Positions 1 through 10,900 of a DNA stretch of 64,000 nucleotides are shown piece after piece (the first letter of the stretch is position 1; every line of letters begins with the position of its first letter). The position numbers and the translations under genes are program-made. The notes beneath the pieces were generated by a model that did not search any database, had not been told where the DNA came from, and worked only from the letters and a program-made list of their open reading frames with translations. Source of the DNA: a virus. Its lineage: Duplodnaviria > Caudoviricetes. The stretch lies in the IMG/VR virus record IMGVR_UViG_3300037400_003286. One strand, given 5' to 3'.

Positions 1-417
1 GATGAGGACAAAGGCCCACTCTATGTTGAATTTGTTCTTATTCACGAAGCACTTCATATTCTGTTTGATCACTGTAACAAACACATGGCAAATCTTGATA
101 AATATTCGGATGCTGAAATAGTAAACATGGCACAGGATTATGAAATCAATTATACTATTGAGAATTTCATGAGACAAGGACCAGGAACAGCACCATTTAA
201 GGGTATCACTAATGAGCTTGGTGGATGTTATAGTGATGAATTCGGAAAGAAAGGTCTTACTTGGGAAGAGATATACGACAAAGTACCAAGACAGAAGAGA
301 ACAAAGGTTCTTGAAAAGACATCAGATGAATGGAAGAAAGGTTTTGCTGATGGATATGCAGAAGTTATGGCTAAATTAAGAAAAGAAAGTCTTGTTGAAA
401 AATGCGTTACGATGTAA
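1..417 (+). CDS. 5'-truncated putative zincin metallopeptidase domain (DUF2201 N-terminal type)
   Basis: Frame 1 is open from base 1: EFVLIHEALHILFDH (HExxH) followed by IVNMAQDYEINY. Overlaps the next ORF by 16 nt. Confidence 0.7.
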   Translation, partial: DEDKGPLYVEFVLIHEALHILFDHCNKHMANLDKYSDAEIVNMAQDYEINYTIENFMRQGPGTAPFKGITNELGGCYSDEFGKKGLTWEEIYDKVPRQKRTKVLEKTSDEWKKGFADGYAEVMAKLRKESLVEKCVTM

Positions 418-3400
418 AGAAAGAAATCAACCAGGTTATACAGGATAAGACATTATCCAAGCAAGAGAAAATCCAGAAGATTAAGGATATTTACAATTCC
501 GCAAATTCTGGTGGTGTGACTGGTGCTGATACAAAAGATGCTGGTGGTGCTGGTAATTCTGCCTCTGGTGGAAATAGTGGCAACGGACAAAATGATGATC
601 AGAATCAGAATGGTCAGGGACAAGGCCAGGGACAGAATCAAGGTAACGGTAATGGTCAGCAAGGTCAGAACGGTCAGGGACAAAACGGTCAAGGTCAAGG
701 ACAGAATAATAACGGACAACAGCAAGGCCAGAATGGTCAAGGACAGGGACAGAATGGACAGAACAATAACAATGGTGTCCATAATGTAAGCCATAATCAG
801 TTGAAGAATCAGGGTGTTGGTCAGAATGGTCAACAGAATGGTAATCAGCAAAACGGAAACGGATCACAAGGAAATCATGGTAATCAGTCTGGTCAGCAAG
901 GTCAGAATGGTTCAAATGGTGGACAAAATGGTCAGCAAGGTAATCAATCTGGCAATCAAGGATCAAACGGTGGTTCTCAAAGCGGACAGCAAGGAAACCA
1001 GTCTGGTAATCAACAGAATGGCGGAGGATCTCAAGGATCTCAAGGTAATCAGCAAAACGGACAAGGTGGTTCACAGTCTCAAGGTCAGCAAGGTGGACAG
1101 CAGGGACAGTCTGGTAATCAGAATGGTCAAGGCGGTGGTTCACAAGGACAGCAGGGACAAGGAAGCCAACAGCAAGGTCAAGGACAAGGTAATTCACAAA
1201 ACCAGAATCAAAACGGTCAGCAAGGACAGCAGAACCAACAGCAACAAGGTTCACAAGGAAATGCTTCACAGCTTGATGAATATTCTATAGGATATATTCT
1301 TGGTAAGAAATATGCCGAGGAAATGTACAAGCATAGAGGTCTTGCGCCTGTTATGAGAGACCAGGTTGAGCTTCCAGATAATCTTGATCCTATGAAGATT
1401 CTCGAATCATTGAATGAATCTATCGATGATGATATTGCAGCTTTGCTCGATGATACAAGTATAGATGATGATGAAAGAACAAGCAAGATTCATGATCTGT
1501 TCAGAGATACAATAAAAGGTGGCGGAAGCAAACAACAGGAACCAGAAGAGAAAGAAATCTATGTTCCAGATGATGTTATTGTCATGAGAAACGGAACAGT
1601 AGATCCTGACAATCTTCTTAGTGGTGCTCACGTTATTGATGAAAAAATAGGTGATGAAATCCGTAAGGAGATGGGAGTTACTCCGAAGGATCCAGATTGG
1701 GGTATGAGTGATGATGAGGATGCTATGATTAAAGAAGCATTCCCTATCATTGGTGATATTTTCAAACATGCTCCACAGGATGACAAGGAACTTGTGTCTG
1801 CTGCTGAAACAATGAAGAATAAAATTGAAGGTCGTATCAGAAAGAGTCGTGAAGGTATTATTGACTGGAAGAAAGCACTCCAGGACTTTATTTCTGAGAG
1901 ATCTCATACATATGAGAAAGGCCCACTCCGTAAGAATGTATATCAGAGAACTGGTATAGGTCTTAGACATAGAGTAAAGGCTTTCAACGATTTTAACAAG
2001 TGTGTTGTATATATAGATACATCTGGTTCTGTAAACAACGACATGACACAGCTTATTCCTATTATGACTGGTGAAGTTGGAAAAATCATGCAGGACTGTC
2101 ATTTCAATACGGTTGATATTCATCTGTTTGATGATGTTGTATATAATGAACACTTTGATGTAGATTCATATACCGTACAGGATGAAAACTGGGGTATTGA
2201 AGGTGCTGATGACGGTGGTGGTACAAACATCCATGAAGTTTACAAACATATCATCAAGAACTATATGAATGATGGTGAGCTTAATTATGATATTAATGCT
2301 ATCATTATCATCACTGACGTTTCTGGTATGCAGTATTCTGGAAATGTTAAACCATTCGCTGCTAAATTAGGTCAGCATACACTTGAGAGAATGCTTTACG
2401 TAATCTATAACGATTATGCTAATATGTATCTCAAGGAAGTTACAGCAGAAATGGATCAACTTGTTTCAAAGTATTCACAACACTATGAAATTTCAGTAGA
2501 AGCATTTAGAAAACAAATATTAAGTGAATCAATGAATATTAACCAAAAGAGAATGAATATGAACGAGGCTCTTGGAGGTTTGAAGAAGATTCAGCAAAAG
2601 CAACAGCAAGCTCAGATCGATCCATCTGAAAGAACAGAAGATGAAAAGAATGAGCGTCTGAGAAAAGCCGAAATTCAGGGTGCTCGTGCTGTCGGTCAGC
2701 TTGAGAAGGTTCTTCCTGAACTTGTTGCTAATCTGGAAAAGTTCTTCCCTAACTGTCGTATGGTAAAGGAATATACAGCTGTAATGGCTACTCCTAATAC
2801 ATATTATGTTACAGAGGAAGCTCATGTTATTCTTCATATGGATGTTGATGGATCTAACATCAATAATCTCTGCGAAGCTTGTTCCGTAATGACTATCGAT
2901 CAGCTTATCGGTAATGTAACACTGAAGAATGCCAGAACATTCAGAGGATTCCCCGTTGGATTCCCTAAGGAAATAAGTGGTGATTTGGTGATGTTTAATC
3001 TTGTCAATTTGGGCGGATTTGACAATGCTCCACAGGCAGTTACTGGACGTGTTTCAATCAATGTATGTTATCCAATGAACAAACGTATATCAAAGGATGC
3101 TCAGAATAAATATGTTACATCATTGATGAAGACTCTTACACCAATAGGTGAACTCGAAAATAAACCAAAACATGTATTTACAATGACTAAGAGAAATAAC
3201 GAAAGTGTAGCTAATATCATTAAGAACAGAATAGCTCTAAGTGAGTCATTTATTAATGAAATGGCTATGCCTAAGAAACTTAGTCCTGTTTTCCCAAGAC
3301 GTTCAAAACCTCAAGCTGGAAGCAAGGTTTCCGAAGATGATTATATAGCATCAACTGAACTATACAAGAAGAATAGAAATGTATTCTTCGATGTGATTGA

Positions 3401-5549
3401 TCCTCTTCTTAACATTGGTTGGGGTGATATTAGTGATGATGATGTTACCGTAATCAATGATGTTAGCCAGATTAGAATTGCAGCTAAGGATTCTAAGTAT
3501 TTTGAGAAGAATAAGGACAACGCAAATCAGCTTGGATATGCTGGTGTAAGAATTTTCACCACATCAGATAATATTATTAGTGCAGTTTATGCACAATCTA
3601 AGAAGGGTGCTAAACCAACTATGGTTTATCTAAATGATGATAACGGTGATGCTATCACAGATCCTGAAAAGATTAAGGGCGAAGTTGATAAGCGTTACGA
3701 TATTTTCAAGCAGACATATGATTATCTGAAGAATGTCGGCGTTGAGCCAGGAAACCTTCCAGAGAAATTCTCAGTAATGCCAGGAAAGGGACAAAATGCT
3801 ACAGTTGAAGCTGCTGCTCTTCACGTTCTTTATTACCTGATGGCTATGCTTAATGGTACGTCTGGTGCTATTGACTATAAGTTCAAGGTTGATTCTATTG
3901 TTGCGGATCAATTTAAGGATGGTGCTTCTGACAATCAAGAAATATTCGACAGAATTCTCAATTACATTTATCCTAATGCACAGATGGGTAATGACGGAGT
4001 TTCTGCAAGAGTTTATACATCAAGAGGACGTTTGACCGTGAACTTCAACCAGAAGGAAAAGAACCAACCAAACAGCAAGGTTAATTTCAACATGGCATAT
4101 TTCAATTCTGATATCGGTCATAATGTATTTGAATGCTTCTCTGATAATTTCTTGAAAGCTCTTCTTATCGGATCTTCATTAAGAGGTGTTGATAATGAGC
4201 CAAGATATAGTGTAGATGAGATTATTGATGCTGATAGAGATACACTTCTTGAAATGGTAAATCAGGTTAAGAATGTTGAACTTATCAAGACATCTTTGAA
4301 GTCACTTTCATTCAAGGGTAAGAACATGGATGATAAGTACGATCACTCTAATCCATTCGATGTTCTTATGATGTTCCCTGACAAGTGTGAGAAGGAATAT
4401 GATATCCGTGTTGATGTTAATGATGAGGCTCTTAAACTTGTTGGTAAGAAGGTAACTCGTGATATATACAAGTCTGGTATGTATAACGACATCAAGAACT
4501 ACAAGTACAATCGTGAGACTGGAGAAAGAGAGCGTGCTGACATTGAAGGCACAGCATCATTAAAGAAGAAAAAGGAAAATCAGCAATTATCTGATGAGTT
4601 TACTTCTTTCGACTCTGTTGTTAATTATATTGTTGATAACAAAGATATATTTACAGACGCAAAACAGGCTATAGAAAATGCTATTGCAGAATATACTGCA
4701 AACCATAGCTGGTATTCTAACAAGGAGCTTCCTGTTAAATTTAGTCAAAGTGTTGACAAAATTGTTGATTTCTCTAATCTTATTAAATCTAAGATTATCA
4801 ACGATCCAGAAATTTCTAAGAATAAGGCATCAGTTATTGATCTTATGGTTGAATCAATGGGTGAAGTAATAGGACTTATAGAGAAAATTATGATGCCAGA
4901 AGAGGGTGAGGATTATAAGACTATTATTGATAACGGTGAAAAGCTTGTTAAAGAAACAATGAGACTTTCTGAGCTTTATGCTAACCTTACTGGAGAATCT
5001 GGTGATTGGGTTAATGCACAAGGTAAGAAGGTAAGCTACCAGGATGTTGTATCAAAGAAGGTTAATAAGCTTGGTGAGAGAAACCGCAGCAAGAAAGCAG
5101 CTACATCAACTACTCAGGATACTGGTGATTCAGCTAAGGAAGAGCAGATTAAGGCTAAATATGCACAGGTTATCAACGATTTGTCTGGCGACATCGTTAA
5201 GGTAAACGATGCGGTTAAGAATATTGACTTTGCTGGTGCTTCTGAGGATGCAGTGGATCATTTCTCAACTAAGGAAGACATGATGAGACGTATTGCTAAT
5301 CAGCTTAACAAAGTTATTGAGATTGCTAACACAATCAATACAAACGGTTCTGTTGACTGGATGAATACAACACTTCCTCTGTTGAACGATGTATTCTATA
5401 CTTGCAGTTCTGTAATCAATGCAAACAATGAGGAGAATATGACAGACTTCCTTGTTGACCTGGATGGTGCTTGCCGTGCTGTTACAAAGGCTGTTAGAGG
5501 TTTCGCTACGCAACAGACTTACAAACAGGCTGGTGCAGTTACAGCATAA
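402..5549 (+). CDS. 1715-aa protein with a Q/N/G low-complexity region and a vWA-like (DUF2201 C-terminal) domain; probable capsid-internal protein
   Basis: IDWKKALQDFI, YIDTSGSV (MIDAS DxSxS), GGGTN, IIITD; repeated LNES/MNEA/NNES/INEM motifs. Confidence 0.7.
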   Translation: MRYDVKKEINQVIQDKTLSKQEKIQKIKDIYNSANSGGVTGADTKDAGGAGNSASGGNSGNGQNDDQNQNGQGQGQGQNQGNGNGQQGQNGQGQNGQGQGQNNNGQQQGQNGQGQGQNGQNNNNGVHNVSHNQLKNQGVGQNGQQNGNQQNGNGSQGNHGNQSGQQGQNGSNGGQNGQQGNQSGNQGSNGGSQSGQQGNQSGNQQNGGGSQGSQGNQQNGQGGSQSQGQQGGQQGQSGNQNGQGGGSQGQQGQGSQQQGQGQGNSQNQNQNGQQGQQNQQQQGSQGNASQLDEYSIGYILGKKYAEEMYKHRGLAPVMRDQVELPDNLDPMKILESLNESIDDDIAALLDDTSIDDDERTSKIHDLFRDTIKGGGSKQQEPEEKEIYVPDDVIVMRNGTVDPDNLLSGAHVIDEKIGDEIRKEMGVTPKDPDWGMSDDEDAMIKEAFPIIGDIFKHAPQDDKELVSAAETMKNKIEGRIRKSREGIIDWKKALQDFISERSHTYEKGPLRKNVYQRTGIGLRHRVKAFNDFNKCVVYIDTSGSVNNDMTQLIPIMTGEVGKIMQDCHFNTVDIHLFDDVVYNEHFDVDSYTVQDENWGIEGADDGGGTNIHEVYKHIIKNYMNDGELNYDINAIIIITDVSGMQYSGNVKPFAAKLGQHTLERMLYVIYNDYANMYLKEVTAEMDQLVSKYSQHYEISVEAFRKQILSESMNINQKRMNMNEALGGLKKIQQKQQQAQIDPSERTEDEKNERLRKAEIQGARAVGQLEKVLPELVANLEKFFPNCRMVKEYTAVMATPNTYYVTEEAHVILHMDVDGSNINNLCEACSVMTIDQLIGNVTLKNARTFRGFPVGFPKEISGDLVMFNLVNLGGFDNAPQAVTGRVSINVCYPMNKRISKDAQNKYVTSLMKTLTPIGELENKPKHVFTMTKRNNESVANIIKNRIALSESFINEMAMPKKLSPVFPRRSKPQAGSKVSEDDYIASTELYKKNRNVFFDVIDPLLNIGWGDISDDDVTVINDVSQIRIAAKDSKYFEKNKDNANQLGYAGVRIFTTSDNIISAVYAQSKKGAKPTMVYLNDDNGDAITDPEKIKGEVDKRYDIFKQTYDYLKNVGVEPGNLPEKFSVMPGKGQNATVEAAALHVLYYLMAMLNGTSGAIDYKFKVDSIVADQFKDGASDNQEIFDRILNYIYPNAQMGNDGVSARVYTSRGRLTVNFNQKEKNQPNSKVNFNMAYFNSDIGHNVFECFSDNFLKALLIGSSLRGVDNEPRYSVDEIIDADRDTLLEMVNQVKNVELIKTSLKSLSFKGKNMDDKYDHSNPFDVLMMFPDKCEKEYDIRVDVNDEALKLVGKKVTRDIYKSGMYNDIKNYKYNRETGERERADIEGTASLKKKKENQQLSDEFTSFDSVVNYIVDNKDIFTDAKQAIENAIAEYTANHSWYSNKELPVKFSQSVDKIVDFSNLIKSKIINDPEISKNKASVIDLMVESMGEVIGLIEKIMMPEEGEDYKTIIDNGEKLVKETMRLSELYANLTGESGDWVNAQGKKVSYQDVVSKKVNKLGERNRSKKAATSTTQDTGDSAKEEQIKAKYAQVINDLSGDIVKVNDAVKNIDFAGASEDAVDHFSTKEDMMRRIANQLNKVIEIANTINTNGSVDWMNTTLPLLNDVFYTCSSVINANNEENMTDFLVDLDGACRAVTKAVRGFATQQTYKQAGAVTA
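505..1270 (+). repeat. Gln/Asn/Gly/Ser low-complexity coding repeat (GQNGQ, QQGNQSG units)
   Basis: About 250 codons composed almost entirely of G, Q, N and S. Confidence 0.9.
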
Positions 5550-5569
5550 TATTACAAACAATATATCAG

Positions 5570-5599
5570 AAGAGAGAATCGAATGGTTCTCTCTTTTTT
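5570..5599 (+). terminator. Intrinsic terminator
   Basis: agagagaatc-gaat-ggttctctct followed by a T-run. Confidence 0.8.
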
Positions 5600-5618
5600 A
5601 TTTGTCTCGTTAAATTCA

Positions 5619-5626
5619 GATAAATA
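5619..5626 (+). promoter_or_regulatory. Putative late promoter GATAAATA (analogue of T4 TATAAATA)
   Basis: The same octamer lies shortly upstream of many genes, mostly structural: 7742-7749(-), 21496, 27912-27919(-), 27950, 32750, 34683, 45978-45985(-), 48951, 52341, 54404-54411(-), 54776, 54818, 58504, 62099. Confidence 0.7.
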
Positions 5627-5650
5627 GTTAAATGAGTTATCAAAAATAGA

Positions 5651-7153
5651 ATGATTATAAAACCTACATATACAACAGAATCAATAGAAGAACAGCATAT
5701 TGAGGATTTCGATCAGATTATACTTGAAAGTCTTGTATCAAGATATGGTTCCGATATTGTATTCCAGTCTATAAACGAATCTCATTCCTATTATGGATCT
5801 GGCGGAAGGTTTGACCGTACAGGAGGATCCAGGGTAAGCGGTGTAAGTGGATTGCTTCAGTCTTTACCAAGTCTAGCTATAACGACACTTATATGTTGGC
5901 CAGCAGTTCTTCTTGCTGGTCTTGGTGCAATATCACACAGAATGAGAGAAAAATATGAAGACAAGAATTCATGGCTTAACAGATTGAACCCAAGATTCTG
6001 GGTTGATTATCTTGCTACTCCACATAAGAGTAAGTCATCATCTTCATCATCTGGTAAGGAAAAAGAAGGATGGTTCAAGAGATTATCCAAAACCGTTCTT
6101 GGTGGTGCTGCTGGAGCAGGAGCTGTTGCTGGAGCAGCAGCGTTAGCAAAGAATTCAAGTACAGCAGATTCAAGCATAGATCCAGAAGAAGCAAAGAATA
6201 TAGCAATGAATGCTATCTTTGTACCATACTGGGTTACTCTTTCAAATGGTGAGATATTGAGGGTAAGAGCAGATTCTGAGGAAAATGCAAAAACTATGGC
6301 TAATATGATTATAGCATATACAACAAAACCATGCTATAATAAATTGAATGAAAAGATCGCACAAGGTTGTCCTAAATACAAGTTCTATTTTGATGACGGT
6401 GAAATGTGCTATTGGTCAGCACCTACACAAAAGCAGGCTTATAATGAGGCTCTTGATACAAGAAAGGAACTTTGTAAGACAATGAATGAAGTAATGTCTT
6501 CATCTGTTGCACTTGATAATCTTGATGAGCCGAAAGTTGATGGAAAGGTTGAAGTAATCAGAGGAGAAAAGATAGAAGTTCCACAACAGAACAGATTCCT
6601 TAATGTTACTACAGTACAGCCTCAACGTCCAGAGGAACAGACTTTGAAACCTCTCCCGAAACCAATGTATAAGTATGGAAGTTTTTCACCATATAAGGTG
6701 ACATATGCAAATTTCATGCTGAATATCCCAGGGTATCAGGAAGGTGAAGCAATGGAAATAGCTAAGGATTTCAATTCAAGGACAGCAAGAGATACAATCA
6801 GGGATATATATTACAAGATGGATAAGCATTACGATCTTTATAAGGTTGCAATGAAAGATGGTGACATCTATGTAATACCAGGAAAAGGAATCAATGAAGT
6901 GAGTAAGGTTGCTGTTGATTTGTATAATGCAAAGGTTGAATCGATAAAATCAGTATTACAGGATTCAGCACTTGAGGAATATGAAGACTTTCTTACAGAT
7001 TTCGGAGAAAGAATAAATTCCGTAAGAGATGTCAAGTTGATCGATCCAGCAGAAGGAAAAGATTATACAATAAAGAAAGGTGATGAAGCGTCTCTTGTAA
7101 AGATAACAGATAAGGAAGAAAAGAATAAGAGATATCCTAATTTCAAACTATAA
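5651..7153 (+). CDS. Hypothetical virion-internal protein with hydrophobic segments
   Basis: 500 aa; ILES and INES near the N-terminus; hydrophobic LAITTLICWPAVLLAGLGAI and GGAAGAGAVAGAAALA; late promoter upstream. Confidence 0.55.
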   Translation: MIIKPTYTTESIEEQHIEDFDQIILESLVSRYGSDIVFQSINESHSYYGSGGRFDRTGGSRVSGVSGLLQSLPSLAITTLICWPAVLLAGLGAISHRMREKYEDKNSWLNRLNPRFWVDYLATPHKSKSSSSSSGKEKEGWFKRLSKTVLGGAAGAGAVAGAAALAKNSSTADSSIDPEEAKNIAMNAIFVPYWVTLSNGEILRVRADSEENAKTMANMIIAYTTKPCYNKLNEKIAQGCPKYKFYFDDGEMCYWSAPTQKQAYNEALDTRKELCKTMNEVMSSSVALDNLDEPKVDGKVEVIRGEKIEVPQQNRFLNVTTVQPQRPEEQTLKPLPKPMYKYGSFSPYKVTYANFMLNIPGYQEGEAMEIAKDFNSRTARDTIRDIYYKMDKHYDLYKVAMKDGDIYVIPGKGINEVSKVAVDLYNAKVESIKSVLQDSALEEYEDFLTDFGERINSVRDVKLIDPAEGKDYTIKKGDEASLVKITDKEEKNKRYPNFKL

Positions 7154-7156
7154 AAT

Positions 7157-7187
7157 AAAAGAGGAACTTGATTGTTCCTCTTTTTTT
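7157..7187. terminator. Bidirectional terminator between convergent genes
   Basis: aaaagaggaac-ttgatt-gttcctctttttt. Confidence 0.85.
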
Positions 7188-7716
7188 ATTCTTCTACGTT
7201 TTTGTCGTATTCGTAATTTCGATCAAAATTGACATATAATTTACCTGTAGCATCACCTATTATGTCTGAGTTTCCACCTATATCTCCAACATGATCATCA
7301 ATAAATCCATCAATCATCAGTGAAAAATCTCTATTTACGACAACCTGAAGCATACCATTGTATTCCTGTATACATCCGCAACTTCCGTCTTGATCGAAGT
7401 AGAATGTTGAACTGTCTTCATTAAGCGTAATATACACTTCACCCGTACTGGCATCGTATGTTATATACCAGTTCTCATCATCAATCCTGCCTTTTATAGA
7501 AGCTGTGCTTTCATATATGGCTGGTTTTAACTTTGTATACCACAAATACTGTAGGCCAGGCCAGTTCAAATATTCTGTATTTTCCTCCCATTTATTTAAT
7601 GGAATTATTGATTTATTATCTATAACATTTGTTGAATATTTCAGACCAGGCCAGTTCAAATATTCTTGATTTTCACCAAATTCTTCTTCGATAATTGTTG
7701 TTCTATCATCTGCCAT
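7186..7716 (-). CDS. Hypothetical late protein with a duplicated EYLNWPGLxY motif
   Basis: 176-aa ORF with a GATAAATA promoter upstream and a terminator downstream. Confidence 0.65.
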   Translation of the reverse strand: MADDRTTIIEEEFGENQEYLNWPGLKYSTNVIDNKSIIPLNKWEENTEYLNWPGLQYLWYTKLKPAIYESTASIKGRIDDENWYITYDASTGEVYITLNEDSSTFYFDQDGSCGCIQEYNGMLQVVVNRDFSLMIDGFIDDHVGDIGGNSDIIGDATGKLYVNFDRNYEYDKNVEE

Positions 7717-7795
7717 CAGACAAGAGTATTCTTCTTTTTACTATTTATCTTAAAACCTATTTATTTGTGATTTGATTTTCAGTATTCGCTAAAAA

Positions 7796-7809
7796 GTTGT
7801 ATATTTGCA
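7796..7809 (+). promoter_or_regulatory. Host-sigma-type (Bacteroidota TAnnTTTG) early/middle promoter GTTGTATATTTGCA for nrdD
   Basis: Identical or near-identical copies at 15443, 20471, 38424, 58050, 62071 (+) and 34618, 48595, 52181 (-), usually with TTTC(A) about 15-20 nt upstream. Confidence 0.75.
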
Positions 7810-7935
7810 TCGAAATATACGGAAGTCCCTATGGTGGTTGAAGTTATGAAAACCTGAATAAATATCTCACAGCCAACTGAAAATAGTGAGGTATAAATTC
7901 ACTATTAAGTCTTTAAAAACAATTAGTAAAATATA

Positions 7936-10900
7936 ATGCGAGTAATCAAACGAAACGAATCGGAACAGGATTTTTGCCTCGATAAAATCGAGAAAGCCAT
8001 AAGAAAGGCGAATGATACGGTTAGTAAAGAGGACCAGATGAATGATGAAGCTGTACAGAAGGTCATCGCAACCGTTCAGAAGAAGCTAACGGGATTTAAT
8101 TCCGTAAAGGTTGAAGATATTCAGGATTTCGTTGAACAGGCTCTTGTAAGGCATAACAAATATGCTGTAGCCAAATCCTATATCTTATACAGAGACAGTA
8201 AAAAGAAGAATAAGAAGTTTACAGAAAACGAAGAAAAGATTATTGCATTAATTGACGGAACGTCTTCTTTAAGAGGAGATAATGCAAACAAACATATTGA
8301 CGACAACGCTTCAATTAGAGATTATATTGCTGGAATCATGTGTAAGTCTCTTGCAAACAAGATTCTTCCTAAAGAAATTATAAAAGCACACAACGATGGT
8401 GTAATTCATTGGCATGATGCGGATTACAGTCCAACCCAACCACTTCACAACTGTGACATCTATGATCTGGAGAACATGTTCAAATATGGATTCGTAATGG
8501 GTGATACACTTATTGAACCAAACGATGAAACTCCATTTAGAACAATGGTTAATCTGGCTGCACAAATTGCATTATTGATTTCAGGGCGACAATATGGCGG
8601 ACAGACTATGAGCTGGATTCATCTTGTACCTTATATTGATCAATCAAGAAAGATTATTCGCAAAAAAGTTATAGAAGATTTCAAAGAAGCTGGAATCGAA
8701 TTGAACGATGATAAGATCGATCAAATTACAGAAAGAAAAGTTCGTGAAGAGATAGCAGAAGGAGTTAAGATCTATCAGTATCAGATTTTATGTCACTCTT
8801 CAGCTAACGGACAAACACCTTTTGTATCGAACAATCTCTGTCTTAGAGAAGCACAGACACAGCGTGAACTTGATGATTTTGCAATCCTTATTGAAGAAAT
8901 CCTAAAACGCCGTACAAAGGGAGTTAAGGATCCGTCTGGACACTATATCAGCCCATTATTTCCTAAGCTATTGTACTGGACTTGTGATGGCTTAAATGTG
9001 AAGAAAGGTGATCCATACTATTACCTTACTGAACTTGCAGCTAAATGTATTTCAAAACGTATGCAGCCAGATATTGTATCTGAACCTCAGACACGTAAAC
9101 ATAAACAAGGTCAGATTATTCCATGTATGGGATGTGTAGACAAAGATGATATTGTCACATACAAATATAAAGATTCTATTTATACTGAGTCTATAAAGAG
9201 AATGTGGGATCGTTTCTCATCTGAATTTGAAATTAAATTACAAGAAGCAACAGACTGTTACTATATTGATCTTGTAGGAGTTTGTATATATGATAGCAAA
9301 TCTAATGGTTTTGTTGACTGTTTAAGAATAAACAAAAATGCAGATCAAGGAGATTGGAAACTTGTAAAATTATCAAATGGACGTTCATTAACATGTACAT
9401 CAGATCATCCGCTTGCTGTAATAGGTAAAGGAAGAACAGAAGTAAAGGATCTGTGTATAGATGATGAAATAGAAGCAACAGATTTTGCTTATTCTGCTGA
9501 AACCGAAAACATTGATCCAGAATATGCATGGATGCTTGCAACTATTATGTGTGATGGTTGTTACGAAAGACAATTGTCATCCACATTTGCTATGAATGGA
9601 GAGGATGATATTATTGACAGATATTCTAAAGCTGTTGAGAAATATTTAGGTCTTGGTACATTCGTAAAAGAATGGCATCGTGGTATTAAGGGTGATTATA
9701 AAGAAGTCAGAGCAACAAGCGGAAAATGTACAATAAAAGAAACGCAAGCGAAACTTTATGAAATATTTGGAGGAATGAGAAAGAAAGACAGATCTATACC
9801 TTCATTTATAATTCATGCTAATAGAGACGCTCGTGTTGCATTTATGGCTGGTATCATCGATGCTGATGGTTATATTCATAAGTCAGAGAAACATTTCAAT
9901 AATATTGAGGTTGGTTCTACAAATAAAGAACTTGCTATCCAAACAATGTATCTTGCTAATACTTTAGGTTATGATGCTAAGATGTTATTAAATCATTATA
10001 CATCATCAGATTCAAGTAAAATAAGATATAGAATCTATTTTAATACAAATGATGAGATCGTTAATTCTATAACATGCCAGAAGAAAAAGGACAATTACGA
10101 GACATTAAATAGAATTAATCCACGAGATAAACATTATATTGTTACCGATATTATCGATCTTGGATATAGAGATGAGTATTCTTATGATGTGACAACAGGA
10201 AGCGACAGATTTGATGTTAGCGGAATTCAATCGCATAATTGTAGATCTCTTCTTGGTCCTATCTGGGAGGAAAGAACATATCCAATCGATACTAAATTCT
10301 TCTGGACGGAAGGTGGTACATATCCTTATGAAAAGTTCATGGATGAAAGAACATTCGAATCTCTTCCAAACGGTGAATACAAGACAGGATATGATGAAGG
10401 TCAATACTGTATTAATTTCAGAGGAAACACTGGATGGCTTATCAAGAAGACCGATACTGAAGTTGTTGTTAAACAGCCTATGGTTTATGGTAGATGGAAT
10501 AATGGTGTAATCACTATCAATCTTCCGTATGTTGCCCTTGAGTCAAGAGAGAAGGGTGTTGACTTCTATGAGAATCTGGATCAATGGCTTGAACTTTGCA
10601 GAAAGGCAATGCAGGAGCGTGTTAAGTCTTGCAGAAAAATCAAGGCAAAGAATTCTCCAATCCTTTGGATGTACGGTGCATTGGCAAGACTTGAACCAGA
10701 ACAGACTGTTGGTGATTTGATGGATGCTCATCCTACACGTCCTACTGTAAGTCTCGGTTACGTTGGCTTGTATGAAACGGTGATGGCTCTGATTGGTGAG
10801 TCTAATACAACCGATAACGGGCGTAAGTTGTCAAAGGAGATCATGAAGTATCTTAATGACAAGCTAGCTCAATGGAAGAAGGAGGATAATATTATGTATG

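Noticed and set aside
453-2837. Overlapping alternative-frame and antisense ORFs (453..851, 481..1269, 814..1290 and others)
   Set aside because: Shadows of low-complexity or biased coding sequence on the real gene.
7820-7905. Possible riboswitch or pseudoknot in the nrdD leader
   Set aside because: Only one short stem (CTCAC/GTGAG) and weak loop complementarity; no recognisable family motif.
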